From Phoronis australis (Eukaryota; Animalia; Phoronida), in NCBI GenBank assembly GCA_002633005.1, contig NMRA01000346.1:1-64000 (forward strand): a DNA stretch of 64,000 nt, read 5' to 3'. The notes under the pieces were generated by a model that did not search any database, was not told the origin of the DNA, and saw nothing but the letters and a program-made list of their open reading frames with translations. Positions 23,383-38,300 of this stretch are shown here, piece by piece; position 1 is the first letter of the stretch, and every line of letters starts with the position of its first letter. The position numbers were made by a program, and so were the translations under genes.

Positions 23383-26300
23383 GTGAGATCTTTAAATTTT
23401 GTAGAGTTTCGGACGCTGTAGTAATAGCAGATGGCGGCTATAGTTCCCAATATGACAGGGGAGATAATCCTGTCCCGCCACTTCTCACTCTCTTTACCTC
23501 GATCTAAATATTCTAATCAACAGTGCTTCCCGCTGTAGTCGCCGATTCCTGTCAAACAATCTTCAGAAAGTTTTCGATGACAAGCAAACAATCTTTTCTC
23601 AAAATCCTCGTCCTCTCCAGTCATTGTGTAATGATTTCGCAGTTTGCTCCGTCTTCTCGCGGTGACCAAAGATGGCACGAAAGGTAACTCTGGCGGGTTG
23701 ATATTTGATTGCTTATATTGTGTTTTCTTGTGAAGATAGAAAGTTACTGCGACTGTAGGAATGGAAAATAATGTCAAAATGTGTTTACCTAAGGATATAA
23801 CGTTGACTTGTCTTTAAACTGATAGTGAATTACGCATACATTAAACCAGGTATCACATGGCGCAACATCTCCAGCTCTCAGTTGGAGGGGAGGTTCAAAG
23901 ACAATCTACTCCACATTTCGTCGCTTAGCAACCATCGATTCGTCCCATAACGAGGCCAGGAGGGCGTTTATACAGAATTTCAATTGGAACACAGTCGCTA
24001 CAATTACACAAGACAAAGAAAATTTTGTTCTTGTAAGAAGTGTACTAGACAAATTCTTCGGTGATATGTTTCTCTTAATGTTTCAAAGACGTATGTAATC
24101 AAAACGAATGCGTAATGACAGTAAAGTTGTGTGTTTTGTTTTCGGCTCTGTTCAGGTGACCCTCTTGAGTTTGTAACTTTGACCAACCGTATGACCATAT
24201 TCCATATGACCATATTCCTTAGACAAAATGAACATTTTTGCGTAGATTCTATGAGTATTAATATTTGAGCTTTAACGAGTCAAACAATCAATATGACATG
24301 CTATTGTAGACAACTGCAGAATGTGTGACACTGTTTGACAACTTCGTTTTACAAATTGTTGCCAAGCAAACAATGCGCCCCAAATAGTGAAATAATCATA
24401 GCAAGTTCATTTCAGGCTATGAACGATATGTATAAAGTTTTTGACAATGGCACAATACGCCTGAAGATAACACAGACATTCCGCAACACAGAAGATCTCA
24501 CAGGACATTTGCTCAAACTCAGTGAGTCGGACGCTCGCATTATAATTGGATCGTTCGATGAAGATATGGCTACACACGTTTTCTGTCAGGTATGCTTTGA
24601 CAAGTGTTTGGTTTAAAAACCTGAATAAGCACATGTGAGTAAAACAGTGAAGTTTTAATCATTGCCTACTGCGTCGAAAATAGCATGTGGAGAATTTCTG
24701 ATTCCCTAAGCCCCAGACAACTTTTACGAGGCCTACTCAGCACGCCCTCTGTATTGATGTAGATCTGAACTAATGAAGTGGAAAGGCAATTGCTAGCATT
24801 ACTGTCTCAACAATGGTTGTTGTTAGTACCCCCCACCCCCCATTTGGTTTTCTCTGACATTTGTAGCCTGCAACTCTGGAGAGTAGTTTTAACTTGGTAC
24901 ATTATAAATATTACAAAATGACAAAAAGGTTAACTTGTGTTTATCTTCAAAATGGGCCCAAAGGAAAGGATAAGTTTCACATTGGTTTTCTTTACTTAAT
25001 TTTTAATGCTTCTGCACATTTGTTTTTGTACCGGAAACGGGTTGATAACTTCTTATCTAAGTTTTGAACTTGAAGTACCAAACCAGTGGTAGATATTTTG
25101 ATCGCCAGCTAAACTTAATTTGTTAAGTTCATCCTGAGCCCATCTCTAAACTTACCACATTACAGGTACACTAAACATTTCACGTGTCATTAAAGTTTAA
25201 TCTTTATTAGAACTCAAATCATAAAATATATACAAAAGTGCAAAAATGGTGATAACCAAACTGAAGGTTTGAAATATCTGGACAATTTCGGTGGCACTGA
25301 CTATATAACTATTCTAGCTCTTTGTCAATAATAGAAAATGAAAAGTGGGCACAACAACTGTTTCCTGGTCAAAAATCTGATTAAACGGGATTGAAAGTAT
25401 ATTAAAAAATGAATCCATGTGATATTGTTAACTCTGATCAGCGTTTGTATATCCACCGAGTATACCAATACGCGCGGTAGTTTATCTTCAATTGTACCCA
25501 ATGATTGTAGTTTTTAGACTGTTAGTTCATCGATTTTTAAAAATCGAAAACCGCACTTGGTTGTTTTTTTCCAGCTGAATACCGCCGTGGTGTTCGTTTA
25601 TAACGCAAATTAGAAGTTAATGCATTTTGAAAATTCGCCTTTATATACAGTCAGAGATGTTTAATAAAGTTTATGGTCGGATAATTTCATTTAATTGGGT
25701 CTTGCTCGCATCGGCCAATGCGGTCATCACCATTGTACCTGATTCCGGCGCCGCACTCTCTTTGATCCTGGTACAAGCCACTCAAAGGGACGAGCAGTGA
25801 AAATTCCCGTATGTCTTTAGATATGTAAGCCGGCGTATTTTTCACGGTATGGCACCATTTAAACGTATGGTGAAATTGCAATAACTTAACTGCATTCATA
25901 TTCAATTTACGATAAACTTCCTTTAAGTCGACGTAAAGTAAAACTTGAAACGTTCTAGGAAATTTGGGTTAAAATTTCAATTTGCATCAACAAAGCATTT
26001 ACAAAATTAACCTCCCACTTTCGTACTTAGTATACATGTATGAACTTTTGTCTCCTAGTAAGAAAACCAGCGTCAGCTTCAATGAAAGTCTCGCGCAGAA
26101 AAGTGGCGCATGCTAAGTAATTTTACACTATGATTCATGAGTTGCAGGCCTACCACATGAGACTGACGGGTGAGAAACACGTATGGATATTGGCAGGTGG
26201 ATACAGAAAACGGTGGTGGGAGCGATCAGCGTACACAAACTGCACAACTGAACAATTGGCGGAGGCCATCAACTTAAGTTTTGATGTTGACGCTCTCAGT

Positions 26301-29300
26301 GAGCTAACTGGAAATGAGACCTCTTTCTCGGGATTGGTAAAGTTTCCAGTAAAACTTGAAAAGATTCTAAATATTAGCAACATCCAACAATGAAACTGTA
26401 GTTTTGCAAGCCTGACTTAGAAGGGGGTACATTACAATAATGTGCTTGAATTAATCTTATAAGGAGAATACGAAATCGCATACGAAGTCATTGAATAATC
26501 TTTCACAAATTACGACTATATTGCACATACAGTCACGTAATCACACGTACACGCGTGCAGGAATCCGCACCTTTCCCAAGTAATTGTTCATTCCCAGGGC
26601 AAATATTGTATCCGAAGATTAAAGGCGATTTTCTAGGACACATTTGACAGTGAAAACTAAAGATGACAATCGAGGGAAGTTGTAGTGGAAGGTGGGTGAT
26701 CAATGGATGAGCAAGTGGCGATTAAAGTGTGCGTCAAAACGGGAGAAAGATTCAATTCTGCTGTCGACCGTGGATTAGTAATGATCACAAACATTTGTTT
26801 TAGACCCACGGGAAACTATGTTGCAAGCTTGTCTCATAGCTATCGGTAGATAGGCGTATCTATTGTTCACTTTGTTTTTCTCAGTTCATATCATAAAGTT
26901 AATGGTAAGCAGCTGATATGCGCGCCCAAGGTACGATATCCGTGCGACCTGTATTGTTGTATCCAACAAAGACGCAACAAAGGAAATCAATGGTAGTGTC
27001 CCATAGGCGAGAACCATGGCGACGCGCCTACGCCCGTCGCATTGATCTCGCAGGTTAAACAATAGCTTGCGCCCTCGATCCATACGACGGCGTAACCCCT
27101 CAGCGGATAGCTTCGCAAAATTTGAGACAGTGCATGAATTTGGAAATAGCTCACTTATTTACCGTAAATATTGTTGAAAAATAAAGGCATATCAGATGTT
27201 TACAGACACATAAAATGATTTAAACTTCACTAAACGCAACAACTTCCCTTTCTGAAACGAAATATATTATGGCAAGCTGTTCATTACCAATCAGTCTAAT
27301 ATACCACTCTGTTTCCGAGTATGTGACGTGACTATGAAACTAAGAAGCTTTACAAACTATCAATTTCATGTTGTTAATAATGCTTTCATCTGTTTTCAGA
27401 CAAACCCGGAATTCTGGCAAGAGTATTTTGCATTCACAAATACAACGAGAATCAGACCGTATGTGACAGAAACGTATGACACCATGTGGACACTGGCCAT
27501 GACGATAAAAACTACTATGAAAGTATTATCGGACGAGAAGGAGAAGAAAAGCAACGATACGATTGTGTCAGTGGATGACTTCAACTACAATAATGGACGT
27601 GGACTAAAAAATTTCATGTACGAAACGATGGGCCGGTTGAAATTGATAGGGATGTCTGTAAGTGGAGCCAAATTATAAGATTTAAGATCAAAGTCAACAT
27701 TTTACTATAAACGTCGTTGACTAGTTTAAAAATATCCACCAATAGCAATCTTGAAGTCAATAAAATGGAAATACTAACAATAGCTTAATGCATTTTTAAA
27801 TTCAACGTCTATGCCAGTCTGCCTTGCCTGTCAGTGTATCGCTTCCCAAGGAATCGATGAGAACTAGACAATTTTGAATTAGGCTAAGTTTTATGAGAAC
27901 AACTATGTTTATCTACTGACGTCTTATGGTGTTCTGTGTTTAAGTACTACACGTATCTTTGTTTTAATAATTTCAAACGGATTGAGATTTTCCCCAATAA
28001 CCGTGTTATTTGACGCTGATAATGTTTTATTTTATTTCATTTTCTAATCCGTTTTGCCTTAAGAACTGCATGTTTATTTTTAGGGCCCCATTTCATTCCG
28101 CGGCACGGACAGACAAGGAATTACGGCCTTTCATCAGTTGCAGAACGGCTCGAGGAAACTTGTTGGCTTGTTCAGTCAGTCGTCTTCACAACTCAATTTA
28201 AGCTGTGTCAACTGTGTCAATATTGTATGGAAAGGTACGATTGTGTCAATTGTGTCAATATTGTATGGAAAGGTACGATTGTGTCAATTGTGTCAATATT
28301 GTATGGAAAGGTACGATTGTGTCAATATTGTATGGAAAGGTACGATTGTGTCAACTGTGTCAATATTGTATGGAAAGGTACGATTGTGTCAACTGTGTCG
28401 ATATTGTATGGAAAGGTACGATTGTGTCAACTGTGTCAATATTGTATGGAAAGGTACGATTCTGTCAACTGTGTCGATATTGTATGGAAAGGTACGATTC
28501 TGTCAACTGTGTCGATATTGTATGGAAAGGTACGATTGTGTCAATTGTGTCGATATTGTATGGAAAGGTACGATTGTTTAGTAAAAAAACGCTTTCCTCA
28601 ACAGCTGCGGGGCGTACGTTTACAAAAATCAAAAATGTTCTCTTAAAAGCAAAATATAAGTTGTCATTCAACACTCGGTTGACCACGATACTAAAGTCAG
28701 AGTTACCATTTTGAATTAGGGTGTCGAATATGAAAACCACGTGAGCCATAGTGGTGTCTTGTAAATTCAAATATTCAAGTTACAGAGCCCTACATTGGCG
28801 GGTTGCAAACAGCCAAATTCAAAGTGAGATAAAAATACACTGTGCCAAACCAATGCTTGTAACCTCCATTTCTACAGCAGTGCATCAGTGGCTAAAAACA
28901 TGTGTTGGCTTGCTTTATGTCAATTTGGGCTTATACAATTCATTGTGTTAAAGATGCCTGGACAGCGAAAAGCACACTAAATTGCATTATTAAGAGTGGT
29001 TCTGTGCCACTGAAACAGAACTCAACCTGCTCACTAGGTATTATTATAGTTCCTTTGTAAAGAATTTGAATTTCTGTGGATATCCAAGCATTTTTCCTTT
29101 AATTTCAAATTTCAAAACATGATCTGTGAACTTCTCGTCACTTCGTAGATTTTCTCCCTCAAGGCAAAACACGCCTCCTTATTCAAAAAAATAAATAAAA
29201 AATAAAAGAAAAGAAAAACGGTGCAGGTGACCTAATGTCATTTGCCGTGCATCAGATGTCCGCAGGCCTCATAGTTGGGCCCATTGCACTAAACACCTGA

Positions 29301-32300
29301 GCTAAAATCACGAGAGCCCCGTTACGGTTCTTCGTGAAGGAAGTCTTCAAATCTGCTTGTCTCCTTTAAGAAAACGGACAGACGTTTCCATTTGTTGCCA
29401 TGCACTATATGATGTAGGCATGTAACAGTGCCATCCGGTAGGTTGCTCTTTAGCCTATAAAAAGCTGGGCAAGACTCTACCAGGTGTTAAGGGGTTTCAA
29501 CGTCAGTACCATACTTGAGACACACTGGGCTCCCATGCCCAGTAATGTGTCTGTGTCGGGCTACGTTGCAGTGGACCGTCAAAATTTGAATGACGTTTTT
29601 ATGTCCAATCTATCAAGACCATGGATTTTTTTTTAACTTTTTGGTTTGATCACGTTATAAGGAAAACTTTAAAATTTGCCTGATATTGTGCTGTGCAATT
29701 TCACATGATAATCTGCTGTTAATACCCATTTTGTCAGTCAGCTGTTTGTCGAATGACGGTGAGTGCATGCGCGCATTTATTTAAGTGGGAGGGAGATTAG
29801 AAACTCTGTGGTGACTACAGATTTTTTTCTTCTTTCGTATTTCAAAAATCATGAACTCAGTGATTTTTTCTGGAAATTCCTTCACAGGGGAAAGTGAATA
29901 ATTCTTTAGTAGACGTTGTGAGGTGGTACTTTGGTCAGTAATTGTTTGAAATGTATTTTTGATAGCTTTTGCGTTCCATGCCTTTTTAAAATTGATCTTG
30001 CATTGTTCCTCGCTCATTTCAGAAGTGTTTGGGGATAACTGACAGTTTGTTACTTATTTACACTCACGCCGTGTAAGTTTATGAACTTGGTAGTAATAAA
30101 TAACGAAATGTTATTTATTCACAAGCCCAGAACTCAGATTTATCCTGACTAATGAATGAGTTGAGACAACTTTTCGTAACGCTAAGAGACTTAGGCCTAC
30201 AACAAAACTTAATTTTTGTCAGAAAGCACATTCAAGTTTAATGTCCCAGTCAGGAAGTTACCGAAGGTTTGATTTTGCACATAACAAGTAGATCTTATTT
30301 CTTTTACAGGTTCCAAATTACCAGTTGATAAAACACGAGAAATTTATACTAACATTGTCGTAGACAGGGCTGCGTTCGGCGTAATGAGTGGGTTCTGCAT
30401 AGCCGGTGTGTTTCTTGGCATTGGCTTCCTCGCCTTCAACATACATCATCGAAGACTTAAGTATGTTTAAAAACACGAACACTGTGTAAATGAGTGATTT
30501 TGCTCAAATTTTCAAGACCGCTTAGACGTGATGATATCGCAATATCTGCCGGAGTAATTCATCCAAGTTAAGATTACTGTAGCCTTTATCCCACGTGACG
30601 AGTTGATCCAAATCGTATTCTTAATGAATTATGAATATAGACAAGTTTTTTTATTGGTCACATCACTCCCATCGTATGTAGAACCCGAAAAAGATTGGTC
30701 ACTTTCTATAAAAGCTTTTAAAATAGCCGTCAATATATCACTGCTGCCTAGGTAGACCTAGTGTGCAATACGGGTCTTAGGACCCTTCAACACATCGCCG
30801 GTTCAGACGACGGTTCCTGACTTCAACCCGCGTGTATGCAAACGCGGTAGTAACGCGGCCTTTGGGTGAAATTTCGGAAGGCCGGGAAAACTATACGGAA
30901 CTGCCCGACAAATCAAAGAAGCTCCTTCCTCCATCCGAAGTTTACACGTTTCATTGTCATCATGTGCTGACTTTACTTGGGAGTTTTCGCGAGCAATAAT
31001 TTCCTCAAAGAAATTTGGAATGTTCGAACTTCGCAAGTTGGCAGATTCAAAACATACATAGATTGTAACACACTCATTCCTTGTTCCCAAATTAAAGAAA
31101 TCTGTCGCTAAAAAGACCACCTACAAAAAGCGACTCCTTCGTCTGAGTCTGCTTCCGCCACAAAGAAACCCCGAAGACTATTCTCGTTTCCAAATGACGT
31201 GAATGGTCAGTATGTTAACTTTTGACGTCTTTTCTCAAATCACGACATTAGCTTTACGACAGAGGTGCTGCTGTTACAATAACGAAGGGAAGGTCAAGTC
31301 TTCGGAACGTCTTGACGTTTCCGCATTCATCGCCCAGCTTGTATCTTGGTTCATTTAAGCCTTGTAACCGCCAGAGTTAACGTTTTCATTTGCAAGATTT
31401 TTGTCTCTAGTTCGTAGGTGTAGCTCGATCAGTGTGTCACCTGAGAACCGGGGTACTTCTTCGCGTCAATCCCGGTCAGTGCCGCGTCGTGTAACAGTAG
31501 CGTATCCCTAGGCAACGATACCTTCACGAAGTTATCTCAGAGGCAGCCGCAAAGTAACATTCAACGTATTGCTAGGCCTACTGTGTTCATATCGATTAAT
31601 GGCACACCTAATACATAGGCGGATTTAGGGGGGGGCCCAGGGGGCCCGGNNNNNNNNNNNNNNNNNNNNNNNNNNNNNNNNNNNNNNNNNNNNNNNNNNN
31701 NNNNNNNNNNNNNNNNNNNNNNNNNNNNNNNNNNNNNNNNNNNNNNNNNNNNNNNNNNNNNNNNNNNNNNNNNNNNNNNNNNNNNNNNNNNNNNNNNNNN
31801 NNNNNNNNNNNNNNNNNNNNNNNNNNNNNNNNNNNNNNNNNNNNNNNNNNNNNNNNNNNNNNNNNNNNNNNNNNNNNNNNNNNNNNNNNNNNNNNNNNNN
31901 NNNNNNNNNNNNNNNNNNNNNNNNNNNNNNNNNNNNNNNNNNNNNNNNNNNNNNNNNNNNNNNNNNNNNNNNNNNNNNNNNNNNNNNNNNNNNNNNNNNN
32001 NNNNNNNNNNNNNNNNNNNNNNNNNNNNNNNNNNNNNNNNNNNNNNNNNNNNNNNNNNNNGGCATTTGAAGACTATTTTAAATACGACAAATTTGTTAAG
32101 AATTCATGGCACAAAATATAAAACGTGTAATAAGCATTACGAAAAGAAGTAGGTTTCGCGCGCAAACGCTGTGGACCATAAACAAGTAGGTCTTTTAGCA
32201 TAAGATTGCTAGTTAAATCTTGGTGGTGTAGTGGTAACGCACGCGCTCTCTAACTGCGAGGTCGTGAGTTCAAGTCTTTGTTACGTTCAGTTTTCCTGTT

Positions 32301-35300
32301 TGACACGTTCTCTGTTTTTTTTTTCTTGAATAATACTTCAGGAATCAAGGAAAATGCTTGATTTTTAGAGGTAAAAACAGAAAAATTTCCTGGGCGGGAG
32401 GGGGGCAAAACCCCCTCCCGACTTCCCCCCATTCGGTGCTATGCGCATCTACAATCGTGGTTCAGTTTGCGCAAATGCTTATAGCCGGACAAAATGTTGG
32501 GCCCCCCCTTGTGATATCCTAGATCCGCCACTGTAATATAGTAATATAACCGGCGCTTGACAGCGGTGTCAACACAATGGCTGACGTTTTTAGGCGGCCA
32601 TTACCGAATTGACACTATTTCCCAATACCACCACGAAAAAAAATATGTCAAATGTCCACAGTCATCCCGATTTATGGCGGATATGTAACCCCATGTTTAT
32701 GATTGCATAGCCAGGAACCGCCATATGAACCGGAAAGGTGTGGAAAGGTGTCTTAGTTTCAATTATTGTGCACACATGAAATCACCATAATGCTTTCTCC
32801 AGGTATATCAAGCTGTCTAGTCCCAAATTAAACAACGTTGCCGTCTGCGGGTGCATCACTGTCTACGTAGCCGTCATTTTGCTAGGTTTCGATGACAGGC
32901 TTCTTGTTGTGGATCACTACACATATGTCTGCTCGGTAAGAGAATACCCAATGTTTCTATTGTTACGGTATATGTTTGCTCGGTAAGAGAATGCCCAATG
33001 TTTCTGTTGTTACGGTATGTTTGCTCGGTAAGAGAATGCCCAATGTTTCTGTTGTTACGATACAGTCACGTAAATGTAGTTAAACATTGTGCTTAGGCCC
33101 ACACTATCTCAAGTATTCCTGCACTTATGCGCACGCGTCTATACTTCATTGATTCACACAGGCAATTTTGCCTTTGCATAAACGCATGTCTTAAATTGGT
33201 TGGTTTGGTTATATTGAAATATGTTTGTTTAACTCAACCTGCATTTCACGAATCAAGTGTCATTTTTTGTCCGGTAAAATTTACGCTCCTTCACAGCGCC
33301 CTCATGTGGTAACGAAGGTGCTTCACTGTTAACGTCATGGGATTGTTCCCTCTGCGTTTTGCCTGGCAGTGGACACACCACTAGAGTAGCTGCTTTCACT
33401 CCGTCGAAAAATGTGTGACTAAAAACAAAAATCATGAGTTATCCATCACCTCAAAAGTGGTACACGTGACCATAAAAACTACTGTCTTCACAACCTATCT
33501 GTCCTATATCCTGTCTTCACAACTTCGTAATCCGCCACGACCAAAATCGCCCAATGCGTTTTTGCGACTTGTAGTGTCAATGCAATGCTATCTGTGGGTG
33601 GATTTTTTTTGGTCTCACGACTCAAGACTGTTCTTAACTATGTTAATTACGAATCTAAGAATATCTTCTAACTTACGCGAAATGGTAGTGTTGTTTACTG
33701 GCAGCCTCGAAGAACCACTTCCCTGCCAATGGCACAGTCGACACGAATCAACACTGGGCATTGAAAACACATTTATTACAGATTCCACGAATGCGGTCCT
33801 AAGTGGGGCTATATAACCAGTTTTAGGGGGCTTCTTGAAATCGCAGCAGATTCCTCAGAATGCATTATTAAGTGCTACACGGGGCCATCATTTTGAAGAA
33901 AACGAAATCTGAGTCACAGCGTGCTCAAAACCACACGCACAGACCAGATTCAATGAGTTTACTCGCAACGCACTTTTCAAAACTGTCCCCAAACCTGACT
34001 TACTCAAAGAGTTTAAGTTCTAGGGACTGCACCAAGAATTTCTGTGGTAGACGCTAATGCGCTTGCAAGGGTTTGCCGTCCGATACACACAACAATCACG
34101 CCAGGGGTCTTGAACATTTCTACCGGGCAAGAGTCAGTCACACAAGTCAAACACCAAGGCCTCTGCTGCTCCAGAACAGCTGTAATTAAACTGATTACAA
34201 TAAATAACGGGTTCCAATCAGATGTTATCAGGCGTGCATGTATTCCTTAAATTCGAAGACCTAAGTTTTCGTACAGTCTGTGGCGGGCAAAGCAATGCTC
34301 TTTAGTTTCAGTGCCTCCTTCAACACATGTCTTCACACAGTAGTAAAATAAATTAGGGACCCCTTTCCCTTTTTACATGTCTTGATAGTTGGTGATGCAA
34401 TATTACACGTTTCACCAATTCTTTGTTCGTCACCCGCTTCTTTCGATTTCATTTTACAAACGAAAACGGCAGTACACGCTTCAACACCCCACTGTTTGTA
34501 ATATGTATGCAATACGTATGCGATATGTTTGCAATATGCATGCGATATGTTTGCAATATGTCAATACAAGAGTGTTTCATTTGACATCAGCTTTTAGCCA
34601 AATCAAGATGAAAGATGACCCGTTACTGTTGCATACATCAGACGTATATCTCGGGTATGCCGAGTGGTGTGCTCACCAAAAATTCTTGTCGTAGCGCTAG
34701 TATTTGTACTAATCTAAAAGATCACTTTTCTCACCGATTGTGTGACTTTAAATAAGTTTAAACAATTCTGTGATACACTGAAGCATTAATGCACTTCTTA
34801 CTCTTGAACTGAGCAACATAGACAAAACTACAAAATCCTACTGAATAAAATATTCAAAAAGTAACTGTGCCTCTTGTTTTTTGTTTTTAATTTCTAAGAA
34901 CATTTTTAGAGAATTAACAAATTCTTACAATAATTTTATTTGTAGGATATTCCAGACAATTTGATGTATATTTGAAGGATAAATGAACTACGGTGAGACT
35001 GAATAAAAACAGAAAGTATCCTTATTTTCTAGTATTTTAGCAGCAGGGATGTCAGTTTCTGAAATTAAAAGGCGTGTTTTTATTTTCAGATGAGAGCATT
35101 TCTTTTTGCAAGCGGGTTCACGTTGTCCTTCGGTTCCATGTTCGTAAAGACGTTTCGAGTACACCATTTGTTTACCGGAAGGACAACAGGTCTAGTCCGC
35201 CGAACGGTTGGTAACATTTGTGGAGACAAAAAGACAATACCACTCACGCTATCTTTTCCGTATTGACTTGTCATTGCTTCACATGTAACGATGTCTTTCA

Positions 35301-38300
35301 CGAGAAAACCTGTAGTCACGAGTTCATTTCCGGTGAACACGTGCTCATTGACCGGCCAATTTGCCTACGGGACGTTTAAACGTGAAAATTCTGCCAGTTA
35401 CTGTACCCTTTGATGTTATCTCAGCATACGTGTCAGTGTTATACTGTACACGCAGTCTCTACGACTGAATTGATACAGGACTGAGTATTCCTGCCACATA
35501 CGCATTTCCAGGTTGACAGATGACCCCTAACACACACTCATTAGTCAAGAGAAATTTAGATATAAACCATATAAAACCATACGTCAACCAAACTAAGAAA
35601 TGCCCTTTGACTGCTTCCACGTTCTCACGCTCTTTCTCGTGGGTCCACGCCGATTTGTGTTCTTGGCCGATGCGTGTTATCGTAAACACGTGTGTTCTTG
35701 GGATGCGTGTTCTCGTAAACACATGTGGTCTGACGCATAACAGCCATTTTGCTCCTTTCTGTCAGTTTTGACTCATTCTGTTCATGTTGACACGTTATGT
35801 CCAGTTTATTTGTTATTTTTATTTTTGATCTTTAAATCAATTTCAATCATTAAGTCGGTTTTGATCTATTATTTTATTGCTAAAAATAATTTATATTTCA
35901 CAAATTTGGATAAAAACGGGCATTAATTCGGTTTTGTCATTAAATTATCTGGAAACGGATAAAATCGGTTGTGCACTTTTTTCATATCTTTTTGAGCATT
36001 TATGTCCATTTTGACCTGTGTCCATCTTTGCTTCTCAGATTCATTTTGTTTTTGAATTACTTTCCATTTGTAAAGTCGATTTTGATACATAACTTTAATA
36101 TTAAAAAATAATTATACTTAACAAAGGTGCGTTAGAGCCGTTATGAAAATCGTTTCGATCAAATATGTTGAAATAGACATCATAGTTTGGGGTTCGTAAT
36201 CTATTATGTTGACCTTGACCTGTTATGTTCATTTGGGAATAATTGGAGATATGAGCATTAATGGTCTATCTTCCTTTGTAAAATATTTTGGAAACTATTC
36301 AAAACCGACTTAATATTAGTGAAAACTGTTTTTTATGGCCAAAACGTGGATAACGGGTCAATAATAACGTCGATATTAATGGGTCGGTATTAACGGGTCG
36401 ATGTTAACGGGTTGATGTTAATGGGTCGATATTAATGGGTCAATATTAACGGGTCGATATTAATGGGTCGATATTAATGGGTCAATATTAATGGGTCCCT
36501 GCAAGTGAAAGTCTTTTTGCCACATTAAAAAGGTTTAAAGCACGTTTTCGTAGGCGAGTGGAACCCTGCTATACAATTGTGATTTCGAAGCAAGGATCTT
36601 TTTCATACGCTGTTTTTGATTTTGGTTTCAGTGATGTGTTTGATACCAAGTCTCCAAGGGATCAAAACATAAATTTCATTTATGACCCCCTACCAGATAC
36701 TAAATCAAAGCTGCGTTATAAACACCCAAACCCCCTTCCCTAAATTACACACACGCACCGAAATACTCCTTATCTGATGACTAAGCTTCAACCCGAGGAC
36801 CACCGGATGCTATGGCACGCACCTCTAGTCTACATATATAATTTAGAAGCGCCGCCATGGAATCTGGTCCCCGGAAGTGAGTGGAGATTAGGGATGAGTA
36901 AGTCACGTAATGTGTCCCGTTGGTCCGGGACTGGTGTTCTGAGGTTTGCAGCTGAAATTCAGAGGCTCAATCATGGAATCGTTTCCTTTCATTGGTATCA
37001 GAACTCGTGTGTAATTTTAGATGTTAAAGGACCGCAGATTGCTTGCCATCGTGGGCTGTTTGTTAATTCTAGACAGTGCCATTGTCCTTGTGTGGATATT
37101 GGCAGACCCAATGTACAGAGAGACACGAAATGTTACCAGGCAGGTGAGTTGGCTTTTGAACACGTGATCATACTGAAATGAGTAAAGCTACTCGTTGCAT
37201 TCTGTATGTGGGCCTATATTCTATATGTGGGCCTATATTCTATATGTGGGCCTATATTCTATATGTGGGCCTATATCCTATATGTAGGCCTATATTCTAT
37301 ATGTGGGCCTATATTCTATATGCTTTATATAAACGCGTGCACGTTATACCTCATTAATTACAATGTCAAACTAATTGATAGTTTTCCAGTTGAACTTTCA
37401 AAGTGCTTGTGGAAACCTCTCAAGTTGAACGCCGAGACAAAGGGTTCTTTAATGATAACATTTCATTTTTAGGATTCCCAAGACACAGACGTCGTGCGTA
37501 TACCTCAGATTTCTAAATGTCATTCCATACATCAAGAGAAGTTCATGGGAGTACTATATGCATATAAAGGCCTACTTCTTATTTTCGGCACTTACATGGC
37601 TTGGACTACTCGACATGTCAAAATTACTGCTCTTAACGATTCCAAGTATATAGGTACAGTCTATTACAAAATTGTGTTATCTTTTCATTCCTTGCGTTTT
37701 GTAGGCACATAGAGAACACGCTAAATCATTTTGCAAAATTTCAAATGCAGCGCATAAATTTTTAAACAGTAAGGAAATTTTGAATGACATTTCACTTCTG
37801 CGAAATTTTAAACAGATTTTTTATTTAGTGGGATAACAGTAATAACTTTTAAACCACATATTTTATGATAGGTATACTTACGAACAACACCAATAATTTT
37901 GCAGTTCATGAATTTTGCAACTTGGCCCAATTGGGCGACTGATAACTCTCAAGACACTTGTGAAAATGTAATTTTTATCATCAGATTTATATCCATATTT
38001 ACAAGAATTTCTATAATGTTGATTTTCTTTTAGCTCTCAACGTGTATAACGTAGTAATCATGAGTGTGCTTGCGGTAGCCCTGTCCACTATCCTCTCCGA
38101 CCAGCCTACTCTTGAGTTTGTTCTCGTCGCCTCGCTACTTACCGTATCCACTACAGTGATGCTCTGCCTGCTCTTTGTACCCAAGGTACAATTGTACGAA
38201 GCCGCTCTGCGTTCCGTAGACACAAGAATATCGCGAAAAAGCAAGGTTACGCAAAACAAAGCAAAATGATGCCTGTAAACGACGGTTGTTTCGCGAGTAT

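Noticed and set aside
26619-27260. TTAA|AGGCGATTTT Kolobok-like left end (also orphan right ends at about 18708, 25922 and 29365)
   Set aside because: No matching opposite TIR located; TTAAAG and CTTTAA are frequent by chance.
30750-31585. Possible TIR element (TAG...CAATACG ends)
   Set aside because: The inverted match is short and gapped, with no TSD or recognisable protein.
31625-32065. ORF of X residues
   Set aside because: Assembly gap.
32218-32295. Functional tRNA gene
   Set aside because: The acceptor stem does not pair and it sits in a repeat; kept only as a tRNA-like relic.
33300-34250. Minus-strand MPSVDSCRLC zinc-finger-like start, possible transposon relic
   Set aside because: No second CxxC, termini or TSD found.
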